Below, one piece after another: positions 29,683 to 41,452 of a DNA stretch of 64,000 nucleotides; the stretch's first letter is position 1; each line of letters starts with the position of its first letter. The notes below the pieces were generated by a model. That model did not search any database. It had not been told where the DNA came from and worked only from the letters and a program-made list of their open reading frames with translations. Made by a program: the position numbers and the translations under genes. Source of the DNA: Octopus sinensis (taxonomy: Eukaryota); assembly GCF_006345805.1 (NCBI RefSeq), contig NW_021832611.1, positions 248,001 to 312,000 of the forward strand, read 5' to 3'.

Positions 29683-31119
29683 CAATATGGTTCACAAATA
29701 TTACACCCCTTGACTTTTTGACAAATAAAATCAATTTCCGATACTAATAATTAATTACTTAAACTATTTTTATGCAATTTAGTTCTTATTAAAGTTGATT
29801 TAATAATTTTTATTTTTTTAAAACCAAAAATCAATTTATTTTATATCTGTGAGCAAAAACATGAAAAATTGCCGCCTCATAAATAGTACACCATTTAAAA
29901 AGTCAGTATTTGGTGTGCCCTCCTTTATTTTTGATGACTACTTTTAGTCTCGAGGTTATTGATTCCACCAATTTGATACATATTTCCTTTGGAATTTTTT
30001 TCCATTCTTCAATAATTAAATTTTCTAGATTTTTTTTATTTGTGACGTCAAATGTTAAAATTTTTCTTTTTAAATAGCACCACAGGTGTTCAATTGGATT
30101 TAAATTTGGCGACATGCTCGGCCAGTTCATTTGCAAGATTTTTTGTCAGTCAAAAAACTTTTAGTCTTCTTTGCAGTATGCTTCGAATCGTTATCTTGTT
30201 GGAAAATCGGATTTCCTGAATGTTTGTTGATAAAGGGAACCATTTTTTCCTCAAGTATATTAATGTACATGTCTGCATTCATGATCCCATTTATGATATA
30301 AAGTTCACCAGGTCCTTGCGAGCTCATAGATCCCCATATCTTTATATTTCCGCCGCCATTGTTATTGTAGCCACTATGCATTTTGGATTTATTGCATCGC
30401 CATTTTTGCGCCACACATGCTGAATTCCATCTGATCCGAAGAAATTGATTTTGGTCTCATCTGATCACAGAATTCTATTCCAAAAATTCATATTTTTGTT
30501 TACATATTTTTTGCAAATTGTAAACGGTTTCTTTTGTGCCTTTTTGACAATAATGGTTTCCTTCGAGGTACTCGGCCATATAAATTGCATTCATGTAGTG
30601 TCTTTTTTATTGTAGATTTTGATATTTGAATATCAGAATAAGATTCCAATTGTTTTGCAATTGCAGATGAAAAGATTCTTATATTTAGAGAGAGAACATG
30701 TTATTAGAAACTAACTAATCCAAACGAAGTGTCCCCGCTGCAACTATTTTTCTCTTGTGCTGTGGCTGAATTTTCGATATATTTATTAAAAAACTAAAAA
30801 ATGTAAAATACTTTAATCTATGTTAAGAACAAATTTGAGACATATTTGCAATATTGTCCCATTGTAAATTTATAAGAAAAAGTATGTCCAGTTTTTATTT
30901 TTGTTCACTGTAGCTTGTTCATGGTTATAGGTTTTTGTTTGTTTTCCTCATTTATATTAATTTTCAAACAAATCCGTATTAAACAATTTGAATTATATTT
31001 TTTCTACGATACACAACTAGTATCCTCTATTTATCTAAACGAAATGCATTTTCTACAAACTTCAACAAAAAATTCAAAAATTGTCTACAATAAATCATTT
31101 TTTTATTTAAAAAAACAAG

Positions 31120-31530
31120 TTATGTTTTTTCACCTCGAATTCTTCTCGATAAATGCATATCGTTTGGCATTATAGTTACTCTTTTTCCGTGAATTGCGCA
31201 CAAATTACTGTCTTCGAAAATTCCAACAAGGTAACTCTCTGCCGCTTCTTGGAGAGCGACAATTGCTGACGATTGAAAACGTAAATCAGTTTTGATAAAC
31301 TGAGCGGTTTCTCTCACGAGTCTCTGGAATGGAAGTTTTCGTAGTAACAAATCAGTGCTCTTTTGATATCGTCTAATTTCTCGCATTGCAACAACTCCAG
31401 GTCGAAATCGATGAGGTTTCTTTACCCCTCCAAATTGTGAAACAGACTTGCGAGCAGATTTTGCAGACAACTGTTTCCTTGGTACTTTTGCACCAGTAGA
31501 TTTTCGAGCTGTTTGTTTTGTTCTAGCCAT
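31120..31530 (-). CDS. Divergent histone H3, intact and intronless
   Basis: Full 136-aa H3 ORF; 30 differences from human H3.1 by manual count. Confidence 0.95.
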   Translation of the reverse strand: MARTKQTARKSTGAKVPRKQLSAKSARKSVSQFGGVKKPHRFRPGVVAMREIRRYQKSTDLLLRKLPFQRLVRETAQFIKTDLRFQSSAIVALQEAAESYLVGIFEDSNLCAIHGKRVTIMPNDMHLSRRIRGEKT

Positions 31531-31771
31531 ATTTTTTTATTTCAGACAACAATGACAATGCCAGTATAGTAAAAAAAGACATCATTCCGAAATTTTTTCG
31601 AGTAATGCAAACAAGTATTATTCCGAAAATTTTTTGGTTAAATTACTCGTCATTATTAAAATCAAAAAATTAAATATTTTTTAAATAATATTTTATCAGC
31701 ACCATCAAATAATTGTAACTATTGCTTAAATTGATGAATTTTGCAAGATTACAGACTAAATTACTAGTTAA

Positions 31772-31956
31772 TCAAGTAAACAAAAAGCAGAGAACGATCA
31801 GCTTGCAAGTTGTCGCGCATGATTGTAACCGCGATCCTCCGTTTTAGCCAAGAAGATTTGCGTGCATAAATGTTTTTCCGAGCGATAAGGAGGCCGACGT
31901 CTTTTAAGAACTTGGATGTTTGAGAAGGCAGCGGAGATCTCGAATGGCAAAGGAAC
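31772..31956 (-). mobile_element. CRE-like 3' fragment with 13-bp target duplication
   Basis: FLKDVGLLIARK..SSWLKRRIAVTIMRDN; flanked by AATTACTAGTTAA at 31759-31771 and 31957-31969. Confidence 0.75.
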
Positions 31957-32029
31957 AATTACTAGTTAAAATTCGATTGTTGCAATAGTTATTTAAAGAA
32001 CAAATGAATAAAAAATTATTTTTAAAATG

Positions 32030-32375
32030 TTATTTTGTATTCGTGTACTTAGTAACTGCCTTTGCACCTTCTGTAATAGCATGTTTTGCCAATTCATCCG
32101 GAAGAATCAGACGAACTGCAGTCTGTATTTCACGTGAGGTAATGGTAGCCTTCGAATTCTAATAGACTAGATTTGAAGCCTCGGTTTTTATTTTGTCTAA
32201 ACATCGAATGTAAAACTGTCCATAGCCATCATAGCCTTCTTTGACATCCCAAGTTGATTATGTACTGTCTTTAAAATTTTCATAAGATATATTGAAAAAG
32301 TTTTTCTTTGTTTTCTTTGTAGCAACAGAAACATTTTTGGTTTTAATGGGAGCTCTTTTTTGTCCTTTTGCAAAA
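32030..32375 (-). pseudogene. Divergent histone H2B pseudogene
   Basis: [55 protein letters not shown]; frameshifts and an in-frame stop. Confidence 0.9.
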
Positions 32376-32391
32376 AAGTATCATTCCGAAA

Positions 32392-33282
32392 TTTTTGAAA
32401 CTAATAATTTGTAATGGTAGAAATTTAAAATATTTCTAATAAAATAGAACAATAAAATAAAACGAAAAAGTTATAAATTAGTTAATGTCATGAGGAGATG
32501 CACAGCAAATAGAAAAGCTAAATAGAACAAAAATTAAAAGGGGGAATTTTAGTTAACTCAAATTAACCTCAGAAGCGACAAAAATTATAAAATTTTTAAA
32601 ATATTCGCATCATATTTAAATTTAAAAATAGATGTACATTTTCTCCATAAAACGCGAGATTTTTACTGATTCTCTGACTAAACATAATTATAAAACGATT
32701 CGAAAAAGTAAACTATTAGAAAAAAATAAAATTTTCGAATGATATAACTCTAATTTACTCTATAAATATACTTTTTGTTTTTTCTAGAACATTTCTTACC
32801 GATTAAAAAAAGCAATCGTAGTATTTCACCGTCGTTTGTTAGCTTGTTATGAAATTGCTAATTTTTATCTGGTTAATTTGTAAGGAATATCAATGTATTT
32901 TATTAAAAAAATTATTTATAATTTATCCACCAAATCCGTAAATTGTCCTACCTTGACGTTTCAAGGCATTAACAACGTCCATTGCAATAACAGTTTTTCT
33001 TTTGGCATGTTCAGTGTAAGAAATACAATCACGAACAGTTTGCTCAATAAAAATTTTAAGGACAGAACGTGTCGCGTCGTAAATTTTTCCAGAAATTCTT
33101 CGAACACCTCCTCTTCGACATAGTCTTCTTATTGCTGGCTTAATAATTCCTTGTATATTGTCAATTAATATCTTTTGAAATCGTTTTTGAAACTAATAAT
33201 TTGTAATGGTAGAAAATTAAAATATTTCTTAATAAAATAGAACAATAAAGTAAAACGAAAAAGTTATAAATTAGTTAATGTC
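32392..33282. repeat. About 100-bp direct repeat (32392-32489 and 33184-33282) upstream of H2B and H4
   Basis: TTTTTGAAACTAATAATTTGTAATGGTAGAAA...GTTATAAATTAGTTAATGTC occurs twice. Confidence 0.9.
32923..33186 (-). pseudogene. Divergent histone H4 lacking start codon and N-terminal 15 residues
   Basis: Open frame [27 protein letters not shown]...[13 protein letters not shown], with an in-frame TAG just upstream. Confidence 0.9.
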
Positions 33283-33451
33283 CTCACATATGGCTATGAG
33301 GGCTGGTACTGTCGGAGGAGAGTGACTACTTTGTCAAACAGTTGGAAAAAACAAGACGTTTCGCATTGAAACTGGCTTATAAAGTACAACTTGACGGAGG
33401 GCTAGAAAGCTCGCAAGAATCTGCTGTGCCCACGATCCGGATAGTCTTGAG

Positions 33452-34632
33452 TAGTGATGCACCGATAACCATTTTTGGATTTTGCCGATTACCGATTATC
33501 GGCCAATTTCACCGATACCGATTAATCGGCCATTATATTATACATAAAAATATATTTATATGTAATTTATTTTATTAAAAATGTAATTAAATATTTTGTT
33601 TAACATGTCGAGCGTTGTATGGAAATTTTTGATGTCTCAGACGATAATTCGTTTTTTGCGTATGTAAATTATGCGATATTTTAATATCAAGAGGAGGACG
33701 AACGCGAAAGACATTTACAACATCTAATATGATAAATCATCTTAGGGTTTATCATAGTGAACAATTAGCTGAAGAACAATTGTGTTACAGAAAAAAAACG
33801 ACCTTTGCCTCAATTGAAGCAGTTAACACTTACTCAAGTTATAGAAAAGAAAAATATGTGGAATATTGACGATCATAAATCAAAAATAATTCATAAATTA
33901 ATGGGAGAAATGATTGCAGTTAATTTATTACCCTATTCATTTGTTGGTGATATTGGTTTCATTCGATTACTAAATCATATTATTCCAAATTATTGTATTC
34001 CCTCCAGAAAATATTTTTCGCATTCACTTCAATTATCAATAAATGAATCAATTTTTTCTCAAGAAGATGTCAAAAATATTATTAGTACTAGTCGGGATAT
34101 TGTAAGCCATTTTAATCATTCTGCACTTGCAATTAGCAAATTAACTAACTTGCAAAACTCAATTAAATCTGCCTGTCCATAAATTGAAACAAGATATTAA
34201 TATCAGATGGAATTCTACTTATTACATGTCATCGAGAGTGATCGAACAACGAAAAGCTCTCGTAACATGTGCAATTGATAATATTTCCCGCTTAAGTAAA
34301 ATGGCGTTGAAATATTTAACAGCTCCTGCTTTGTCTGTAGAAAGCGAAAGAGTTTTCAGCACTGGAGGAAATATATATCAACCGAAAAGAAATAGACTTT
34401 TGCCAGAGAATGGAGAAATGATGATGTACCTAAAATATAATTAAGAACATTAGACTTTAATTATTGATTCTTCTAAAAAAAATTTTGTTTTTTTTAACGT
34501 TTTGTTGTATACAATTGTATTCGGAAAATAATACATTACCGATTAATCGGCAGATTTTGCCGATTACCGATAATCGGCAAAGTGGCCGATATGCCGATTA
34601 CCGATTATCGGCGATTAATCGGTGCACCTCTA
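33452..34632 (+). mobile_element. Internally deleted hAT element (ZBED/Ac-like)
   Basis: TIR TAGTGATGCACCGAT / ATCGGTGCACCTCTA; 8-bp TSD GTCTTGAG; CCGAT subterminal repeats; BED finger, RWNSTY, SERVFS. Confidence 0.9.
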
Positions 34633-35171
34633 GTCTTGAGAAAAATTGTAAACATCGATAAATGGGGATACGCATTGAAAGAGACACTTCGGTGCCTCGA
34701 TTAATCTCTTCGATCTTTCCTTGTTTTCTTTCGGTTTCTGATCAATAAACATTCCATTCTATTCCTATTTAAAAAGTATTAAAAAGTAACTTAGCTGAAT
34801 TTAAACAGAAATTAAATTTTATTTATTTTTTTTTAAATATTTTAAATTTATTGACTTAATTAGGATAAATTACATATCACGTGTTATGTACAGCTTGCTG
34901 TTATGTTATTTTTTTGTTCTGCTTGTGGTTGTTAATTCTGGTTTTATTTTTTCTTGCAATTAATACTTTATTTTTATAATATTTTTGTTTTTTTATTTGT
35001 TTGAAGATTATTTAAATTGACTACTGGTAAAATATTTTCTATAGAGTTTATTTTGCAAGTAAATTTGTATTCATTTTATCAATTAATTAATCTTCATTCA
35101 TAAGGATTTCTTGAATTAAATTCATTTTTATCTAGTATTTTATTGTTTATTTTGATTTTTTTAGTATTTTA

Positions 35172-36944
35172 TGTCACAGTCCGAATAAAATACACGCCGA
35201 ATAATTACATTCTTTAATTTTACTGAAATTAAAAATTTACACAACAAAATGTTTATTATTATTAAAAATATGATTTTAATGTAAAATCATTAACCTTTTT
35301 TACTAATTTATATAAACAAAACCAACCACACTCAATTTACGCAGTTAACTTATACGTTTGAATATGTTATTCCATTTTAGGTTATCCTAATAAAATTTTC
35401 ATATAAAATTATCGTTAATTTAAATAAAAAATTATTTTATTATGGATTTATGAAAATTAATCAATTTTAGCTAATCGAGAAATATGAATTCCGTGTAACC
35501 GCTCACCGTCCTCCTTTTCGATAACATAGAGATCATTTCTTCGCTCGACAACATATACTTATTAACATCAAGTCCATCGTACAGCGGATACTGCCGAACA
35601 TTGGCATCGTTGTCCTGTCTAAAAATTAATTTGACGCTTGAGACCTTAAAACCACAGTCGTCCGACATTGATATTTCTTCGTCGTATCTCCATTTTCTTT
35701 TTTCAATCATTTTTTCGCCAGCAATAATTAAGTTTCTAATGCACTTTCTCGTGCTCTGATAATCCAGTTGAATCATAGGCTAAAAGTTGCTCCATTCCCC
35801 CTTCATCAATCCTTCCAGGATTTTCAACACCCATGAATATTATAAAAAGGATTTTTTGTCGAAGAATGAATGCTGTTATTGTAATCATACACGATGTCCT
35901 TTATGCATTCGCGATATCGTCCAAAACAATTTTGAGAAGAACTTGCCGACGATAGCCAGCGTTTTATGCTTTGATTAAATCTACAAATCGATTTTAAATC
36001 ATTAACCTTTCGACTTGCCTTGTACCCAAGGAGCACGAGGCCTCCCACGTACATGTTTTATACCATATTTCGTACATAGAGCATCCATTGCGAATTGCAA
36101 AATTCCCTTCCATTATCAGTGTGTAGAATAAGCGGAGGCCCGACATAATAAAAAATTCTTTGGAATAAATCTGCGATTTCTTCAGAAGATTTGGTCACCG
36201 ACAGTTCAAGCATTACATATTGGAAAAGAATCCACAATTACCAAAATCTATTTATTAACAAAATTCATACCCAGCTAAAGCCATCATTCAACGCCGAATA
36301 TCTTCTGAGGTCAATTAAATCCGCAATGTATCTGTCCCTACATCTCCTTGCAATGATTGGCGTAATCGGAGGCTTCGTAGACAATAATTTTTTCGACTAA
36401 GAATATTTACTAAAAGGAGTTATTACCTGACAGAAAGCACAATTCGAAATCACCTTAGAGATTTCTTCTCTATTCAATCCATAATAGAGATTTCTTAATT
36501 TCGAAAAAAGCCGGTCTCTCCCAAAGTGGTTATAGTTATGTTCCGCCAAATTTTATTTATTAAGTTGGACCTCAACGCAACTTAAGCTTTAATTCGATTT
36601 CATCTTCACAGAAAAAACGCAATTTAAGCCCATTTTTCGAAATATGTTTTTCCATTTTCAAAATGGAAATTCTTTCCCAATTTTGTGAGCCTGTATCGCT
36701 CATGCCGCTCGATTGACGATGTATCAAAGTTGGAGTCTTTCATTTCTTGATTTTGTCCAGTGTTTCCTTAAATAATCTCACTACACGCATGTTTCACGCT
36801 TTTTTAAATAAAAAATAATAATGTGATTCTACTAAAAATAAATAATCAATTATTGATTTTTTCATACTAATTTTTAGATTTCTTTTTTCAGCCATTTGTG
36901 ACAAGTGTAGATTATTCGGCGTGTATTTTATTCGGACTGTCACA
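35172..36944 (-). mobile_element. Ginger-like integrase DNA transposon, decayed
   Basis: 34-bp TIR TGTCACAGTCCGAATAAAATACACGCCGAATAAT (1 mismatch); TTTA flanks; HFGRDR..CAFCQ, ADLID, LHTDNGREF, RFNQSIK. Confidence 0.85.
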
Positions 36945-37144
36945 TTTATTGTTATTTTGATTTTTTAGTATTTTATTGTTTATTTTGATTTTTTTAGTAT
37001 TTTATTGTTTATTTTGATTTTTTTAGTATTTTATTGTGTACTTTTTATTGTGGTAGTTCATTCCTTAAAAGTAAAAATTCAATTTATAAGAAAACAGCCC
37101 CAAATATTTTTTATTGCGAGGCAACAGCCATCTGAATTGCTTTA

Positions 37145-38353
37145 TGTCAGCGTCCATTTGCCGGACCGCATTTCTCATTTTACAATTTTTCGCTAAAAAA
37201 ACAACATATTTTTTTTCCAAGTCCGAAGTTACTCAATTTATTCACTTATTTTCAATATTACAAAAAATATTTATATAATATTTCCATCTTCTCTATGTGT
37301 TGTAAAATTCTCACCCAGTCCATAAATAACGAAGTACTTAGTTACATTTAATTGGTCATATAGAGGGCATCTTTTATTTTGCTCGTTTGCATCTTGGTCA
37401 TGACGGAGCAAAACACAATTGCCAATTTTGATTTCGTCTTCATCAAATTTCCACCGTCTTCGTTTTGACATATAGTCTCCACAAATCTAGAGATTCTTAT
37501 AAGCTCCTTCCCGAGCTTTAGTAAGATTTTCTTCATTACAATCATTAATTTCAGGATTTTGCGGATAGTGTGCACCCATAAAAATATAAAATGGGATTTG
37601 TTTCGTACTTTGATGTACAGTGATATTGTATTGAAATACAATTTTTTTAATTATATTAACATATCTCCCAAAGTCGCCATTTGAGGCCGAGGTTGAAGAT
37701 ATCCAACGTTTAATACTTTGATTAAATCTATTTACATTTTTTGTAGAATAAAATATACCTTTCAACCTGGCCTTGTATCCATGGTAAAAAATCGCATCCT
37801 AATTTTGCTTGATCAGAAGTAAAAAATCGCATCCTAAATCCACTTTTCAAGTAAAATTGTTTTTCATCATCAAATTCAAACGTTTCAGACAATTTTTTAA
37901 GTCTATACTTTTGTCTTTTGGAATTTCAGGACAATAATAATCATTCATTTTAAAATTTTTAATTATTTTTTCTTCCAGCACTTTCTGTCACTTTCGCAGA
38001 ATTTTTCATAGTTTTGCATTCAACAAAAATTTCAATTTGTTAATAGGAGTTAATTTATGGAATTAATTAAGAAAATTTAACCGGTCCGAAGTGGACCCCG
38101 CCAACATAATTGACGTTGCGTTGCCTCTCACGATAGCAACGGAGATCAACTGGAGAAGCCACCGGGTCTCACGTGTGTCGTGGCTTTTTAATGTGGCTAA
38201 GCGTCCAAGCTTCTTTAGGAAGCGAAGCGATTTCCCACTTATTCCTCCAGTTGTCTCGACCACAATCGGACAGAATCATTAAGTCATTATTATTTGAAAT
38301 GATATGTTTTTTTGTTTTAAAGTGATGTACGGTCCGGCAAATGGACGGTGACA
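37145..38353 (-). mobile_element. Second Ginger-like element (integrase C-terminal remnant)
   Basis: TIR TGTCAGCGTCCATTTGCCGGACCG / CGGTCCGGCAAATGGACGGTGACA; 5-bp TSD CTTTA; RFNQSIKRW..YNITVHQST. Confidence 0.85.
38063..38275 (-). mobile_element. CRE-like 3' fragment nested in the Ginger-like element
   Basis: VETTGGISGKSLRFLKKLGR..WLLQLISVAIVRGNA. Confidence 0.75.
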
Positions 38354-38358
38354 CTTTA

Positions 38359-39212
38359 TTTTGACGCCGGTATTGTTACGAGCAGATTCCATGGCCTAAA
38401 CAAGAAAGATTCGGTTTTCACCTCAAGGGAGAGGAATTCACATAGTGTCCCCTCGATGATAGTGAGGTTACGGACTTGGAGTTTTTCACAGTAGAAGATG
38501 CTCGAGCCAGTCCCAGGCGTAGAGCAGCTACCCCATTTAAGATCCACTGACCGGTAGCCTGGGAGCTGGTAAGAGTCATCTTCCTTGAGCTTCGACTCGT
38601 TGACGACAATAATGTCTGGATGGCCGCTGTTCACCATCTCAACGAAGTCGTGATGCCGTCTCTTGATAGATCGGGCATTCACAGCGATTATATTGATAGT
38701 GGCTATGTTGCTGAATTGCTCCCTTCTAGCAGGAGCTCTTGCAGCATATTCATATCCACTCCAAGTTTGGTCAGGGCTCCTACACAACGGCGGAAGAATT
38801 CCAGTAGGGCATCTCTGTTGTGTAGGTCCTGATCCGAGTGGGGACCTCTTTGTGGCAAAGCTTTGTCACGGTGGGTTTCTGCCTTCTTATGGGGGACAGC
38901 CGAGCGGACCACTTCTGAGTTATAACACTCATTAGTGTTTGACTTCGAGCTTGAGAATGTGCTGGGGGCCAGCGACGTCTGAATATACACATCGACTTTT
39001 GACGGACTTTAATGAGGTCCTTTTGTCCAGACTCATTCAGTGGGTTTGGCTTTTACCCAGCGGACTGGGCTTCTAGCCTGTTGGTTCTGGAGGCTGCTGT
39101 TGCGGCTTTGGCAGACGGACATCCGCCGTAGCACGCCAAGTGCCCAGTGTTCTTGCATTTAATGCAAGTTTTTGCAGATGGGACGCTTCTACATTGCTGT
39201 TATTCTTAGACA
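38359..39212 (-). mobile_element. LINE 5' part: ORF1 remnant plus AP-endonuclease
   Basis: IAVNARSIK..PDIIVVNESKL..QLPGY; GC-rich upstream ORF1-like segment; interrupted by the element at 37145-38353. Confidence 0.7.
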
Positions 39213-39457
39213 TTTACAAAGAAATAGCTTCGATGTTAACTAGATTTATTAAAAAAAAAAGAATTGTTAGTTTATTATTTTCATCATTTTAAATTATTAT
39301 TCTTCTATTTTATTTACTTTCGATGTAGTTTAATAGGTCATTAATGTCATATTTTTTTCATAAAGTCATATTTTTTCCATAAAGTTATATTTTTTTTCAT
39401 TTAGTCATATAATGATTAGTTTATTACAAAAAAGAATTCAGTCAAGTGTTGAAAGCT

Positions 39458-40050
39458 TCATGGACGGGAAGCCGACGCGATCGAGAAAGAATTAGAGCGT
39501 ACTATTGCAAAAGATATCCGCTCGAAAAACCATCTTGATTCGCGAGCGTCGCCTGTAATAGCAGACATACCGCCCGAGGAACCGGAAGTCTCAACCGGGA
39601 ATGGAAAGAATTGGAACTTTTCCGTAAGTGAGGAGTACTTCCGCATCTTTTAGCATTCCGCGGTTGTGACAATAGATCCAGGGGCGGATGCGGACATCAG
39701 CAGGTTCTGCGGCGAAGAGAAAGAGTCCACACACGTTGCATCCCAGGTAAGAGGTTCCCCTTGTTGAAGGGAAAACAGTAATCCAGTCAGGCCTTTTTCC
39801 GTCCCCCCGATCGATCCCAGAAGGTTCAAGCAGGGAGGGGATTCCGGCGACTTCAGGGCTCTCTTGATAAGGTCGTTAAGAGCCGCGTGCCGCGGGATTC
39901 GGCAGCACTGCGTCTACACGATAAAGCGTGCAGTCCAAAGCGACAGATTTTTGCGCCACAGCGGCAGACATGTGGCTTGCATAGGCGAAGACCAAGACGT
40001 AAACAAATTCCAGTCCAGAAGGTTCCCAATACTCGGCAGTGGAGTGGCAT
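39458..40050 (-). mobile_element. CRE-like 3' region (zinc knuckle + REL)
   Basis: LRLGL..PHVCRCGA..HALSC..DGKRPD..WDATCVDS..FPVETSG..FERISFAIVR. Confidence 0.85.
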
Positions 40051-40199
40051 TTAGCCGGCTCCGCTGTGAGGGCGACATGCAGTCTCAAAGCAGGCCAAGC
40101 GTGGTGTGGTGAGGGAGAGAATTCTAGTTATTAAGTACTAGTTTTCAGGATTGAGAGATAATTCCCGTTTAAAACAGTCATCTTTTGAATAAGGAATAT

Positions 40200-40800
40200 A
40201 AATTCCCTGGGATCTCTGGAGCGATGGGTGCACGGTCAAGTTTCTTTAGACGAGCAAGCGTCTTTGCCCCGAAAACACAGATCGCACAAATCATCGTAGT
40301 TTGACAGTTTCGTGGATTCGTCTTCTCAGCCGACGAACCGAGTCAACATGCAGTGGAATTCAAAGCTCGCTTGGCGAAAGAGTCGGAAACAAGCAGCTTC
40401 CCGGATTCAAAAGCGTACAGCCGTCTAGACGTTTTGCATCTTCAAGATCAAGGCCCGTCAGTTCTAGAACTGAAGGAAAACCAGGTCTTTCCAGGGCTTT
40501 GTGAATTACATTGTTGATTTCAGTGTGCTCATTCTACAAGACAGAGAATGGATCCCAAGGGCGTCAACTTTAGCCCCACAACGGCAGGGGTGAGGTCTCC
40601 AAACAGGGAGTCCAAGACGATTGCAGATACACAAACGGAGTGAATCCCTATCGAAAACAGTATCCAAAAGCGGAGAAGAGAGAACATTAAGCCAGGAGCC
40701 TGAGTATGGCTGACAGGCGGAACGGAAACAGGCCCTGTGTTGTTCAAGGAGCGGTTCCAATTTTGTCCCAATCTCGCTGAGAAATGACATCGGAATGAAG
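40200..40800 (-). mobile_element. CRE-like fragment
   Basis: SGSWLNV..RLGLPV..PCRCGAKVDALGIHSLSC..DAKRLDG. Confidence 0.8.
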
Positions 40801-41248
40801 TTCAAATTAACTTTGTTTCCAAAGTGCAAGGGCTGAATCAATATCAGAATTTAACGATGATTCAGTTGGACAAAAACACGTTAGAATGTGTAACGTGGAT
40901 GGCTCTCCACATTAAATTTGAGACGACCATACTCGGTGGCTTATTAAGCTTAGGCAATATTATTTTTCTACTCATACGCTCTACAATTAGTAAAAGAGGA
41001 CATATTTGCAGTTCAATTAATCTTGAATAAGTTGTATTTTAATGAATAGTTGCTCCGCGTAGGAGACGATGGAAAAAACAATTCTCTTGCTTGTTAAGAT
41101 CAAGCGAGGTCCACATGAAACCAGAATTGATCAAAATAATAGTGTCAACATTGACAAAGTAGAATTGCTAGTTAATATCACTCAGATATAACTATTTTTT
41201 CCAAATTAATCAATTAAATTCTAATTCATCCACGTTAATTCTTTGATT

Positions 41249-41382
41249 GAGAGGCCGAGCAAATAGACAGGCAGTTTCCGCGCAATATCGCGAGCGAAAT
41301 GTGCTGAAAAAACCAGCTAGACTCACGTCTCTCGTGACTCTTCCTCGAGATCATCAAGCCGATCTCCGAAAGGAACTCCAGC
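41249..41382 (-). mobile_element. CRE-like 3' fragment with 8-bp direct repeat
   Basis: FLSEIGLMISRKSHERRESSWFFQHISLAILRGNC; CTTTGATT at 41241-41248 and 41383-41390. Confidence 0.7.
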
Positions 41383-41452
41383 CTTTGATTCTAACAGATA
41401 TAAGATTTTTTCAACAAAAAAACAAGGGGTGTAATATTTTTGGACCATACTG

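Larger units (their letters stand above)
29683..41452 (-). mobile_element. Tc1 element expanded to 11.8 kb by cargo/nested DNA; transposase remnant 29903-30670
   Basis: TIRs CAATATGGTTCACAAATATTACACCCCTTG and (revcomp) CAGTATGGTCCAAAAATATTACACCCCTTG match 27/30; TA on both sides; SDET, FQQDND, SPNLNPIEHLW. Confidence 0.85.

Noticed and set aside
30677-31020. Helitron as the vector that captured the histones
   Set aside because: A TC start and CTAG^T are present, but there is no hairpin and the CTAG lies before H3, so it would not enclose the histones
32500-32900. H2A gene completing the histone quartet
   Set aside because: No recognisable H2A motif (RAGLQFPVGR) on either strand
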